64,000 bases of DNA, from the NCBI GenBank assembly GCA_030390025.1, contig CM059438.1, forward strand, positions 58,344,001-58,408,000, given 5' to 3'. The DNA is from Squalus acanthias. Its lineage: Eukaryota. The notes beneath the pieces are model-generated. The model ran no database searches, was not told the DNA's origin, and worked only from the letters and a program-made list of their open reading frames with translations. A program made the translations under genes and the position numbers. Shown piece by piece: positions 42,301 through 55,767 of this stretch; the stretch's first letter is position 1, and each line of letters opens with the position of its first letter.

Positions 42301-45300
42301 CTGGGAATTGATCTCGTTACAGACAGCCTGGGGAATGGAGCTGGGTACATAAAGTCTCTGTGAAGGGAGCTGGGTACAGACAGACTGGAGAATGGAACTG
42401 GGTACAGACAGACTGGAGAATGGAGCTGGGTTCAGGAAGACTCTGGGGAATGGAGCTGGGTACAGACAGACTTCGGGAATGGAGCTGGCTATAGACAGAC
42501 TCTGGGGAATGGAGCTCGGTACAGGCGGACTCTGGGGAATGGAGCTGGGTACAGACAGACTCTGGGGAATGGAGCTGGTTACAGAGAGACTGTGGAACTG
42601 AGCTGGATACAGACAGACTGGGGAATGGAGCAGGGTTCAGAGAGAATGGGGAATTAAGCTGGGTACAGACAGACTCTTGGAATGGAGCTGGGTACAGACA
42701 GACACTGGGAATGGTGTTGGGTACAGACGGACTCTGGGGAATGAAGCTCGGCACAGACAGATTCTGGGATTGGAGCTGGGTACAGTTAGACTCTGTGGAA
42801 TGGAGCTGGGTACAGACAGTCTCTGGGGAATGGAGTTGGGTACAGACAGCCTGAGGAATGGCGTTGGGTAGAGGCAGAGTCTGGGAATGGAGCTAGGAAC
42901 AGACAGACTCTTGGAATGGTGCTGGGTACAGAAAGACTCTGGGAATGGAGCTGGGTACAGAGAGACTGGAGAATGGAGCTGGTTACAGTCAGATTCTAGG
43001 GAATGGAGCTGGGTACAGACAGACTCTGTGGAATGGATCATGTACAGACAGACATTGGGAAATCGAGCTGGGTACAGACAGACTCTGTGAATGGAGATGG
43101 GTACAGACAGACTCTGTGAATGGAGCTGGGTCCAGACAGACTCTGTGAATGGAGCTGGGTACAGGAAGACTAGGGGAATGGAACTTGGTACAGACAGACT
43201 CTGTGAATGGAGCTGGGTACAGGCAGACTAGGGAAATGGAGCTGGTTACTGACAGATTCTGGGGAATGCAGCTGGTTACTGACAGACTGCGGAACGGAGC
43301 TGGATTCAGACAGGCTGTGGAATGGAGTACAGACAGATTCTGGGAATGGAGCTCGGTACAGATAGACTCTTGGGAATGGAGCTGGGTACAGAAGACTGGG
43401 GAATAGAGCTGGGTACTGAGAGATTTTGGGGAATGGAGCTGGGTACAGACAGACTCTGGGGGATGGAGCTGGGTACAGACAGACTGAGGAATGGAGTTGG
43501 GTAGAGGCAGAGTCTGGGAATAGTTCTGGGTACAGACAGACTATTGGAATGGAGCTGGGTACAGACAGAATTTGGGAATGGAGCTGGGTACAGACAGACT
43601 GAGGAATGGCGTTGGGTAGAGGCAGATTCTGGGAATGGAGCTGGGTACAGACAGACTCTGTGGAATGGATCTTGTACAGACAGACATTGGGAAATCGAGC
43701 TGGGTACAGACAGACTCTGGGAATACAGCTTTGTAGAGACAAACTCTGGGAATGGATCTCGTTACAGACAGCCTGGGGAATGGAGCTGGGTACATAAAGT
43801 CTCTGCGAAGGGAGCTGGGTACAGACAGACTGGAGAATGGAACTGGGTACAGACAGACTGGAGAATGGAGCTGGGTACAGGAAGACTCTGGGGAATGGAG
43901 CTGGGTACAGACAGACTTCGGGAATGGAGCTGGCTATAGACAGACTCTGGGGAATGGAGCTCGGTACAGGCGGACTCTAGGGAATGGAGCTGGGTACAGA
44001 CAGACTCTGGGGAATGGAGCTGGTTACAGAGAGACTGTGGAACAGAGCTGGATACAGACAGACTGGGGAATCGAGCAGGGTTCAGAGAGAATGGGGAATT
44101 AAGCTGGGTACAGACAGACTCTTGGAATGGAGCTGGGTGCAGACAGACACTGGGAATGGTGTTGGGTACAGACGGACTCTGGGGAATCGAGCTGGGTACA
44201 GACAGAATCTGTGAATGGAGCTTGGTACAGACAGACTCTGTGAATGGAGCTGGGTACAGGCAGACTAGGGGAATGGAGCTGGGTACAGACAGACCCTGGG
44301 AATGGAGCTGGGTACAGACAGACTCTGGGGAATGGAACTCGGTACAGACAGACTCTGTGAATGGAGCTGGGTACAGACAGACTCTTTGAATGGAGCTGGG
44401 TACAGGCAGACTAGGGGAATGGAGCTGGTTACAGAAAGATTCTGGGGAATGCAGCTGGTTACTGACAGACTGGGGAACGGAGCTGGATACAGACAGACTG
44501 GGGAATGGAGTACAGACAGATTCTGGGAATGGAGCTCGGTACAGTCAGACTCTTGGGAATGGAGCTGGGTACAGACACACTGAGGAATGGTGTTGGGTAG
44601 AGGCAGAGTCTGGGAATGGAACTGGGTACAGACAGAATTTGGGAATGGAGCTGGGTACAGACAGACTCTGGGAATGGTGCTGGGTACAGACAGACTCTGG
44701 GGAATGGAGCTGGGTACAGACAGAATTTGGAAATGGAGCTGGGTACAGACAGACTATCGGAATGGAGCTCGATCCAGACAGACTCTGTGAATGGAGCTGG
44801 GTACAGACAGATTAGAGAATGGAGCTTGGTTCAGAGAGACTGGGGAATGGAGTTGGGTACAGGCAGACTAGGGGAATGGAGCTGGTTACAGACAGATTCT
44901 TGGGAAAGCAGCTGGTTACAGACAGATTGGGGAACGGAGCTGGATACAGACAGACTGGGGAATGGAGTACAGACAGATTCTGGGAATGGAGCTCAGTACA
45001 GATAGACTCTGGGGAATGGAGCTGTGTGCAGAAAACTGGGGAATAGAGCTGGGTACAGACAGACTTTGGGGAATGGAGCTGGGTACAGACAGAGTGCGGA
45101 ATGGCGTTGGGTAGTGGCAGAGTCTGGGAATGGAACTGGGTACAGACAGAATTTGGGAATGGAACTGGGTACAGACAGAATTTGGGAATGGAGCTGGGTA
45201 CAGACAGACTGAGGAATGGCGTTGGGTAGAGGCAGAGTCTGGGAATGGAGCTGGGTACAGACAGACTCTTGGAATGTTGCGGGGTACAGAAAGACTCTGG

Positions 45301-47449
45301 GAATGGAGCTGGGTACAGCCAGACTTCGGGAATGGAGCTGGGTATAGGCAGACTCTGGGGAATGGAGCTGGGTACAGTCAGATTCTGGAGAATGGAGCTG
45401 AGTACAGAGAGACTCTGGGGATTGGATCTTGTATGGACAGACATTGGGAAATCGAGCTGGGTAGAGACAGACTCTGGGAATACAGCTGTGTACAGACAGA
45501 CTCTGCGAATGGATCTGGTTACAGAAAGACTGGGGAATGGAGCTGGGCACACAAAGACTCTGCGAAGGGAGCTGGGTACAGACAGACTGGAGAATGGAAC
45601 TGGGTACAGACAGACTCTGGGGAAAGGAGCCGGGTACAGACAGTCTCCAGGAAACGAGCTGGGTACAGGCAGACTCTGGGGAATGGAGCTGGGTACAGAC
45701 AGACTTCGGGAATGGAGCTGGGTATAGACAGTGTATGGGGAATGTAGCTCGGTACAGGCGGACTCTGGGGAATGGATTGGGTACAGACAGACTCTGGGAA
45801 TGGAGCTGGGTACAGACAGACACTGGGAATGGTGCTGGGTACGGACGGACTCTGGGGAAAGGAGCTGGGTACTGAAGACTGGGGAATAGAGCTCGGTACA
45901 GACAGACTTTGGGGAATGGAGCTTGGTACAGACAGTCTCTGGGGGATGGAGCTGGGTACAGACAGACTGAGGAATGGAGTTGGGTAGAGACAGAGTCTGG
46001 GAATGGAGCTGGGTGCAGACAGTATTTGGGAATGGAGCTGGGTACAGACAGACTGAGGAATGGCGTTGGGTTGAGGCAGAGTGTGGGAATGGAGCTGCGT
46101 ACAGACAGACTCTAGGAATGGTGCTGGGTACAGAAAGACTCTTGGAATGGATCTGGGTACAGACAGACTGGAGAATGGAGCTGGTTACAGTCAGATTCTG
46201 GGGAATGGAGCTGGGTGCAGACAGACTCTGGGAATGGATATTGTACAGACAGACATTGGGAAATCGAGCTGGGTACAGACAGACTCTGGGAATACAGCTG
46301 TGTACAGACAGACTCTGTGAATGGCGCTGGGTACAGATAGACTAGAGAATGGAGCTTGGTTCAGAGAGACTGGGGAATGGAGCTGGCTACAAGCAGACTA
46401 GGGGAATGGAGCTGGTTACAGACAGATTCTGGGGAATGCAGCTGGTTAGAGACAGACTGGGGAACGGAGCTGGATACAGACAGACTGGGGAATGGAGTAC
46501 TGACAGATTCTGGGAATGGAGCTCTGTACAGATAGACTCTGGGGAATGGAGCTGGGTACAGAAGACTGGGAAATGGAGCTGGGTGCAGACAGACTTTGGG
46601 GGATGGAGCTGGGTACAGACAGAGTGAGGAATGGAGTTGGGTAGTGGCAGAGTCTGGGAATGGAACTGGGTGCAGACAGAATTTGGGAATGGAGCTGGGT
46701 ACAGACAGACTGAGGAATGGCGTTGGGTAGAGGCAGAGTCTGGGAATGGAGCTAGGAACAGACAGACTCTTGGAATGGTGCTGGGTGCAGAAAGACTGTT
46801 GGAATGGAGCTGGGTACAGACAGACTGGAGAATGGGGCTGGATACAGTCAGATTCTGGGGAATGGAGCTGGGTACAGTCAGATTCTGGGGAATGGAGCTG
46901 GGTACAGACAGACTCTGGGGAATGGATCCTGTGCAGACAGACATTGGGAAATCGAACTGGGTACAGACAGAGTCTGGGAATACAGCTGTGTACAGACAGA
47001 CTCTGGGAATGGATCTGGTTACAGACAGACTGGGGAATGGAGCTGGGTACAGACAGACTCTGCGAAGGGAGCTGGGTACTGACATACACTGGGAATGGAT
47101 CTGGTTACAGACAGACTGGAGAATGGAACTGGGTGCAAACAGTCTCTGGGGAAAGGAGCCGGGTACAGACAGACCACAGGAATGGAGCTGGATATAGACA
47201 GACTCTGGGGAATGGAGCTGGGTACAGACAGACTTCGGGAATGGAGCTCGGTACAGGCGGACTATGTGGAATGGAGCTTGGTACAGACAGACTCTGGGGA
47301 ATGGAGCTGGGTACAGACAGACACTGGGAATGGTGTTGGGTACAGACGGACTCTGGGGAATGAAGCTGGGCACAGACAGATTCTGGGAATGGAGCTGGGT
47401 ACAGACAGACTATGGGAATTGAGCTGGGTACAGACAGACTCTGGGAATG

Positions 47450-50400
47450 GAGCTGGGTACAGACAGAGTCTGGGGATTGGAACTCGGTCAAGTCGGACTC
47501 TGGGGAATGGAGCTGGGTACAGACTGACTCTGTGAATGGAGCTGGGTACAGACAGACTGTGAATGGAGCTGGGTACAGACAGACTCTGTGAATGAAGCTG
47601 GGTACAGGCAGACTAGGGGAATGGAGCTGGGTACAGACAGACCCTGGGAATGGAGCTGGGTACAGACAGACTATGGGAATGGAGCTGGGTACAGACAGAC
47701 TCTGTGAATGGAGCTGGGTGCAGACAGACTCTGTGAATGGAGCTGGGTAAAGGCAGACTAGGGGAATGGAGCTGGTTACAGACAGATTCTGGGGAATGCA
47801 GCTGGTTACAGACAGACTGGGGAAAGGAGCTGGATACAGACAGACTGGGGAATGGATTACAGACAGATTCTGGGAATGGAGCTCGGTACAGATAGACTCT
47901 TGGGAATGGAGCTGGGCACAGAAGACTGGGGAATAGAGCTGGGTACAGACAGACTTTGGGGAATGGAGCTGGGTACTGACAGTCTCTGGGGGATGGAGCT
48001 GTGTACAGAGAGACTGAGGAATGGAGTTGGGTCGAGGCAGAGTCTGGGAATGGATCTGGGTACAGACAGAATTTGGGAATGGAGCTGGGTACAGACAGTA
48101 TGAGGAATGGCGTTGAGTCGAGGCAGAGTCTGGGAATGGAGCTGCGTACAGACAGACTATTGGAATGGATCTGGGTACAGACAGACTCTTGGAATGGTGC
48201 TGGGTACAGAAAGACTCTGGGAATGGAGCTGGCCCCAGACAGACTGGAGAATGGAGCTGGGTACAGTCAGATTCTGGGGTATGGAGCTGGGTACAGACAG
48301 ACTCTGGGGAATGGATCCTGTACAGACAGACATTGGGAAATTGAACTGGGTACAGACAGACTCTGGGAATACAGCTGTGTACAGACAGACTCTGGGAATG
48401 GATCTGGTTACAGACAGACTGGGGAATGGAGCTGGGTACAGTCAGACTCTGCGAAGGGAGCTGGGTACTGACATACACTGGGAATGGATCTGGTTACAGA
48501 CAGACTGGAGAATGGAACTGGGTACAGACAGACTCTGGGGAAAGGAGCCGGGTACAGACAGACCACAGGAATGGAGCTGGATATCGACAGACTCTGGGGA
48601 ATGGAGCTGGGTACAGACAGACTTCGGGAATGGAGCTCGGTACAGGCGGACTCTGGGGAATGGAGCTGGGTACAGACAGACTCTGGGGAATGGAGCTGGT
48701 TACAGAGAGACTGGGGAATGGAGTACAGACAGATTCTGGGAATGGAGCTTGGTACAGATATGCGCTGGGGAATGGAGCTGGTTATGATAGTCTCTGGGGA
48801 ATGAAGCTGTGTACAGACAGACTGAGGAATGGAGTTGGGTAGAGGCAGCGTCTGGGAATGGAGCTGGGCACAGACAGAATCTTGGGAATGGAGCTGGCTA
48901 CAGACAGACTATGGGAATGGAGCTGGGTACAGACAGAATCTTGGGAATGGAGCTGGGTACAGAAGACTGGGGAATAGAGCTGGGTACAGACAGATTTTGG
49001 GGAATGGAGCTGGGTACAGACAGAATGAGGAATGGTGTTGAGTAGAGGCAGAGTCTGGTAATGGAGCTGCGTACAGACAGACTATGGGAATGGAGCTGGG
49101 TACAGGCAGACTCTTGGAATGGAGCTGGGTACAGAAAGATTGGAGAATGGAGCTGGGTACAGTCAGATTCTGGGGAATGGAGCTGGGTACAGACAGACTC
49201 TGTGGAATGGATCTTGTACAGACAGACATTGGGAAATCGAGCTGGGTACAGACAGACTCTGCGAATACAGCTGTGTACAGACAGACTCTGGGAATGGATA
49301 TGGTTACAGACAGACTGGGGAATGGAGTTGGGTACATAAAGACTCTGCGAAGGTAGCTGGGTGCTGACATACTCTGGGAATGGAGCCGGGTATAGACAGT
49401 CTCCAGGAATCGAGCTGGGTACAGGAAGACTCTGGGGAATGGAGCTGGGTACAGACAGACTTCTGGAATCGAGCTGGGTATAGACAGACTCTGGGGAATG
49501 GAGCTCGGTACAGGCGGACTCTGGGGAATGAAGCTGGGTACAGACAGACTCTGTGAATGGACCTGGGTACAGGCAGGCTAGGGGTATGGAGCTGGTTACA
49601 GACAGACTGTGGGGCATGGATCCTGTACAGACAGACATTGGGAAATCGAACTGGGTACAGACAGACTCTGGGAATACAGCTGTGTACAGACAGACTCTGG
49701 GAATGGATCTCGTTACAGACAGACTGGGGAATGGAGCTGTGTACATAAAGACTCTGCGAAGGCAGCTGGGTACTGACATACTCTGGGAATGGAGCTGGGT
49801 ACTGACAGAATGGAGAATGGAACTGGGTACAGACAGACTCTGGGGAAAGGAACTGGGTACAGACAGACTTCGGGAATGGAGCTGGCTATAGACAGACTCT
49901 GGGTAATGGAGCTCGGTACAGGCGGACTCTGGGGAATGGAGCTGGGTACAGACAGACTCTGGGGAATGGAGCTGGTTACAGAGAGACTGTGGAACAGAGC
50001 TGGATACAGACAGACTGGGGAATCGAGCAGGGTTCAGAGAGAATGGGGAATGAAGCTGGGTACAGACAGACTCTTGGAATGGAGCTGGGTACAGACAGAC
50101 ACTGGGAATGGTGTTGGGTACAGACGGACTCTGGGGAATCGAGCTGGGTACAGACAGAATCTGTGAATGGAGCTTGGTACAGACAGACTCTGTGAATGGA
50201 GCTGGGTACAGGCAGACTAGGGGAATGGAGCTGGGTACAGACAGACCCTGGGAATGGAGCTGGGTACAGACAGACTATGGGAATGGAGCAGGGTACGGAC
50301 AGACTCTGGGAATGGTGCTGGGTACAGACAGGCTCTGGGGAATGGAACTCGGTACAGACAGACTCTGTGAATGGAGCTGGGTACAGACAGACTCTGTGAA

Positions 50401-53400
50401 TGGAGCTGGGTACAGGCAGACTAGGGGAATGGAGCTGGTTACAGACAGATTCTGGGGAATCCAGCTGGTTACTGTCAGACTGGGGAACGGAGCTGGATAC
50501 AGACAGACTGGGGAATGGAGTACAGACAGATTCTGGGAATGGAGCTCGGTACAGTCAGACTCTTGGGAATGGAGCTGGGTACAGACACACTGAGGAATGG
50601 TGTTGGGTAGAGTCAGAGTCTGGGAATGGAACTGGGTACAGACAGAATTTGGGAATGGAGCTGGGTACAGACAGACTCTGGGAATGGTGCTGGGTACAGA
50701 CAGACTCTGTGAATGGAGCAGGGTACAGACAGACTAGAGAATGGAGCTTGATTCAGAGAGACTGGGGAATGGAGCTGGTTGCAGACTGATTGGGTAATGG
50801 AGCTGGAAACAGACAGACTGGGGAATGGAGTACAGACAGATTCTGGGAATGGAGCTTGGTACAGATATGCGCTGGGGAATGGAGCTGGTTATGACAGTCT
50901 CTGGGGAATGGAGCTGGGTACAGACAGACTGAGGAATGGAGTTGGTAGAGGCAGTGTCTGGGAATGGAGCTGGGTAAAGACAGAATTTGGAAATGGAGCT
51001 GGGTACAGACAGACTCTGGGAATGGTGCTGGGTACAGACAGACTCTGGGGAATGGAGCTGGCCCCAGACAGACTGGAGAATGGAGCTGGGTACAGTCAGA
51101 TTCTGGGGTATGGAGCTGGGTACAGACAGACTCTGGGGAATGGATCCTGTACAGACAGACATTGGGAAATTGAACTGGGTACAGACAGACTCTGGGAATA
51201 CAGCTGTGTACAGACAGACTCTGGGAATGGATCTGGTTACAGACAGACTGGGGAATGGAGCTGGGTACAGTCAGACTCTGCGAAGGGAGCTGGGTACTGA
51301 CATACACTGGGAATGGATCTGGTTACAGACAGACCGGAGAATGGAACTGGGTACAGACAGACTCTGGGGAAAGGAGCCGGGTACAGACAGACCACAGGAA
51401 TGGAGCTGGATATAGACAGACTCTGGGGAATGGAGCTGGGTACAGACAGACTTCGGGAATGGGGCTCGGTACAGGCGGACTCTGGGGAATGGAGCTGGGT
51501 ACAGACAGAGTCTGGGGAATGGAGCTGGGTACAGACAGAGTCTGGGGATTGGAACTCGGTCAAGTCGGACTCTGGGGAATGGAGCTGGGTACAGACTGAC
51601 TCTGTGAATGGAGCTGGGTACAGACAGACTGTGAATGGAGCTGGGTACAGACAGACTCTGTGAATGAAGCTGGGTACAGGCAGACTAGGGGAATGGAGCT
51701 GGGTACAGACAGACCCTGGGAATGGAGCTGGGTACAGACAGACTATGGGAATGGAGCTGGGTACAGACAGACTCTGTGAATGGAGCTGGGTACAGACAGA
51801 CTCTGTGAATGGAGCTGGGTAAAGGCAGACTAGGGGAATGGAGCTGGTTACAGACAGATTCTGGGGAATGCAGCTGGTTACAGACAGACTGGGGAAAGGA
51901 GCTGGATACAGACAGACTGGGGAATGGATTACAGACAGATTCTGGGAATGGAGCTCGGTACAGATAGACTCTTGGGAATGGAGCTGGGCACAGAAGACTG
52001 GGGAATAGAGCTGGGTACAGACAGACTTTGGGGAATGGAGCTGGGTACAGACAGTCTCTGGGGGATGGAGCTGTGTACAGAGAGACTGAGGAATGGAGTT
52101 GGGTCGAGGCAGAGTCTGGGAATGGATCTGGGTACAGACAGAATTTAGGAATGGAGCTGGGTACAGACAGTATGAGGAATGGCGTTGAGTCGAGGCAGAG
52201 TCTGGGAATGGAGCTGCGTACAGACAGACTATTGGAATGGATCTGGGTACAGACAGACTCTTGGAATGGTGCTGGGTACAGAAAGACTCTGGGAATGGAG
52301 CTGGCCCCAGACAGACTGGAGAATGGAGCTGGGTACAGTCAGATTCTGGGGTATGGAGCTGGGTACAGACAGACTCTGGGGAATGGATCCTGTACAGACA
52401 GACATTGGGAAATTGAACTGGGTACAGACAGACTCTGGGAATACAGCTGTGTACAGACAGACTCTGGGAATGGATCTGGTTACAGACAGACTGGGGAATG
52501 GAGCTGGGTACAGTCAGACTCTGCGAAGGGAGCTGGGTACTGACATACACTGGGAATGGATCTGGTTACAGACAGACTGGAGAATGGAACTGGGTACAGA
52601 CAGACTCTGGGGAAAGGAGCCGGGTACAGACAGACCACAGGAATGGAGCTGGATATAGACAGACTCTGGGGAATGGAGCTGGGTACAGACAGACTTCGGG
52701 AATGGGGCTCGGTACAGGCGGACTCTGGGGAATGGAGCTGGGTACAGACAGACTCTGGGGAATGGAGCTGGTTACAGAGAGACTGGGGAATGGAGTACAG
52801 ACAGATTCTGGGAATGGAGCTTGGTACAGATATGCGCTGGGGAATGGAGCTGGTTATGATAGTCTCTGGGGAATGAAGCTGTGTACAGACAGACTGAGGA
52901 ATGGAGTTGGGTAGAGGCAGCGTCTGGGAATGGAGCTGGGCACAGACAGACTCTGGGGAATGGATCCTGTACAGACAGACATTGGGAAATTGAACTGGGT
53001 ACAGACAGACTCTGGGAATACAGCTGTGTACAGACAGACTCTGGGAATGGATCTGGTTACAGACAGACTGGGGAATGGAGCTGGGTACAGTCAGACTCTG
53101 CGAAGGGAGCTGGGTACTGACATACACTGGGAATGGATCTGGTTACAGACAGACTGGAGAATGGAACTGGGTACAGACAGACTCTGGGGAAAGGAGCCGG
53201 GTACAGACAGACCACAGGAATGGAGCTGGATATAGACAGACTCTGGGGAATGGAGCTGGGTACAGACAGACTTCGGGAATGGAGCTCGGTACAGGCGGAC
53301 TCTGGGGAATGGAGCTGGGTACAGACAGACTCTGGGGAATGGAGCTGGTTACAGAGAGACTGGGGAATGAAGTACAGACAGATTCTGGGAATGGAGCTTG

Positions 53401-55767
53401 GTACAGATATGCGCTGGGGAATGGAGCTGGTTATGATAGTCTCTGGGGAATGAAGCTGTGTACAGACAGACTGAGGAATGGAGTTGGGTGGAGGCAGCGT
53501 CTGGGAATGGAGCTGGGCACAGACAGAATCTTGGGAATGGAGCTGGCTACAGACAGACTATGGGAATGGAGCTGGTTACAGACAGAATTTGGAAATGGAG
53601 CTGGGTACAGACAGACTATGGGAATGGAGCTGGGTACAGACAGAATCTTGGGAATGGAGCTGGGTACAGAAGACTGGGGAATAGAGCTGGGTACAGACAG
53701 ATTTTGGGGAATGGAGCTGGGTACAGACAGAATGAGGAATGGTGTTGAGTAGAGGCAGAGTCTGGTAATGGAGCTGCGTACAGACAGACTATGGGAATGG
53801 AGCTGGGTACAGGCAGACTCTTGGAATGGAGCTGGGTACAGAAAGATTGGAGAATGGAGCTGGGTACAGTCAGATTCTGGGGAATGGAGCTGGGTACAGA
53901 CAGACTCTGTGGAATGGATCTTGTACAGACAGACATTGGGAAATCGAGCTGGGTACAGACAGACTCTGCGAATACAGCTGTGTACAGACAGACTCTGGGA
54001 ATGGATATGGTTACAGACAGACTGGGGAATGGAGTTGGGTACATAAAGACTCTGCGAAGGTAGCTGGGTGCTGACATACTCTGGGAATGGAGCCGGGTAT
54101 AGACAGTCTCCAGGAATCGAGCTGGGTACAGGAAGACTCTGGGGAATGGAGCTGGGTACAGACAGACTTCTGGAATCGAGCTGGGTATAGACAGACTCTG
54201 GGGAATGGAGCTCGGTACAGGCGGACTCTGGGGAATGAAGCTGGGTACAGACAGACTCTGTGAATGGACCTGGGTACAGGCAGGCTAGGGGTATGGAGCT
54301 GGTTACAGACAGACTGTGGGGCATGGATCCTGTACAGACAGACATTGGGAAATCGAACTGGGTACAGACAGACTCTGGGAATACAGCTGTGTACAGACAG
54401 ACTCTGGGAATGGATCTCGTTACAGACAGACTGGGGAATGGAGCTGTGTACATAAAGACTCTGCGAAGGCAGCTGGGTACTGACATACTCTGGGAATGGA
54501 GCTGGGTACTGACAGAATGGAGAATGGAACTGGGTACAGACAGACTCTGGGGAAAGGAACTGGGTACAGACAGACTTCGGGAATGGAGCTGGCTATAGAC
54601 AGACTCTGGGTAATGGAGCTCGGTACAGGCGGACTCTGGGGAATGGAGCTGGGTACAGACAGACTCTGGGGAATGGAGCTGGTTACAGAGAGACTGTGGA
54701 ACAGAGCTGGATACAGACAGACTGGGGAATCGAGCAGGGTTCAGAGAGAATGGGGAATGAAGCTGGGTACAGACAGACTCTTGGAATGGAGCTGGGTACA
54801 GACAGACACTGGGAATGGTGTTGGGTACAGACGGACTCTGGGGAATCGAGCTGGGTACAGACAGAATCTGTGAATGGAGCTTGGTACAGACAGACTCTGT
54901 GAATGGAGCTGGGTACAGGCAGACTAGGGGAATGGAGCTGGGTACAGACAGACCCTGGGAATGGAGCTGGGTACAGACAGACTATGGGAATGGAGCAGGG
55001 TACGGACAGACTCTGGGAATGGTGCTGGGTACAGACAGGCTCTGGGGAATGGAACTCGGTACAGACAGACTCTGTGAATGGAGCTGGGTACAGACAGACT
55101 CTGTGAATGGAGCTGGGTACAGGCAGACTAGGGGAATGGAGCTGGTTACAGACAGATTCTGGGGAATCCAGCTGGTTACTGTCAGACTGGGGAACGGAGC
55201 TGGATACAGACAGACTGGGGAATGGAGTACAGACAGATTCTGGGAATGGAGCTCGGTACAGTCAGACTCTTGGGAATGGAGCTGGGTACAGACACACTGA
55301 GGAATGGTGTTGGGTAGAGTCAGAGTCTGGGAATGGAACTGGGTACAGACAGAATTTGGGAATGGAGCTGGGTACAGACAGACTCTGGGAATGGTGCTGG
55401 GTACAGACAGACTCTGTGAATGGAGCAGGGTACAGACAGACTAGAGAATGGAGCTTGATTCAGAGAGACTGGGGAATGGAGCTGGTTGCAGACTGATTGG
55501 GTAATGGAGCTGGAAACAGACAGACTGGGGAATGGAGTACAGACAGATTCTGGGAATGGAGCTTGGTACAGATATGCGCTGGGGAATGGAGCTGGTTATG
55601 ACAGTCTCTGGGGAATGGAGCTGGGTACAGACAGACTGAGGAATGGAGTTGGTAGAGGCAGTGTCTGGGAATGGAGCTGGGTACAGACAGAATTTGGAAA
55701 TGGAGCTGGGTACAGACAGACTCTGGGAATGGTGCTGGGTACAGACAGACTCTGGGGAATGGAGCTG
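47450..55767 (+). repeat. Recent duplication in the diverged domain (about 47,450-51,060 vs 51,520-55,767), with a partial third copy at about 60,660-63,150
   Basis: The offset is 4072 (AACTCGGTCAAG at 47481/51553; ORFs 47852/51924, 48107/52179, 48809/52881), then 4707 (49061/53768, 49553/54260, 50400/55107, 50779/55486). The third copy is shown by ORFs 61412, 61737, 62077 and 62510. Confidence 0.85.
52365..53518 (+). repeat. Local direct duplication, 2 x 577 bp
   Basis: GGATCCTGT occurs at 52385 and 52962. ORF pairs 52498/53075, 52556/53133 and 52881/53458 are offset by 577. Confidence 0.85.
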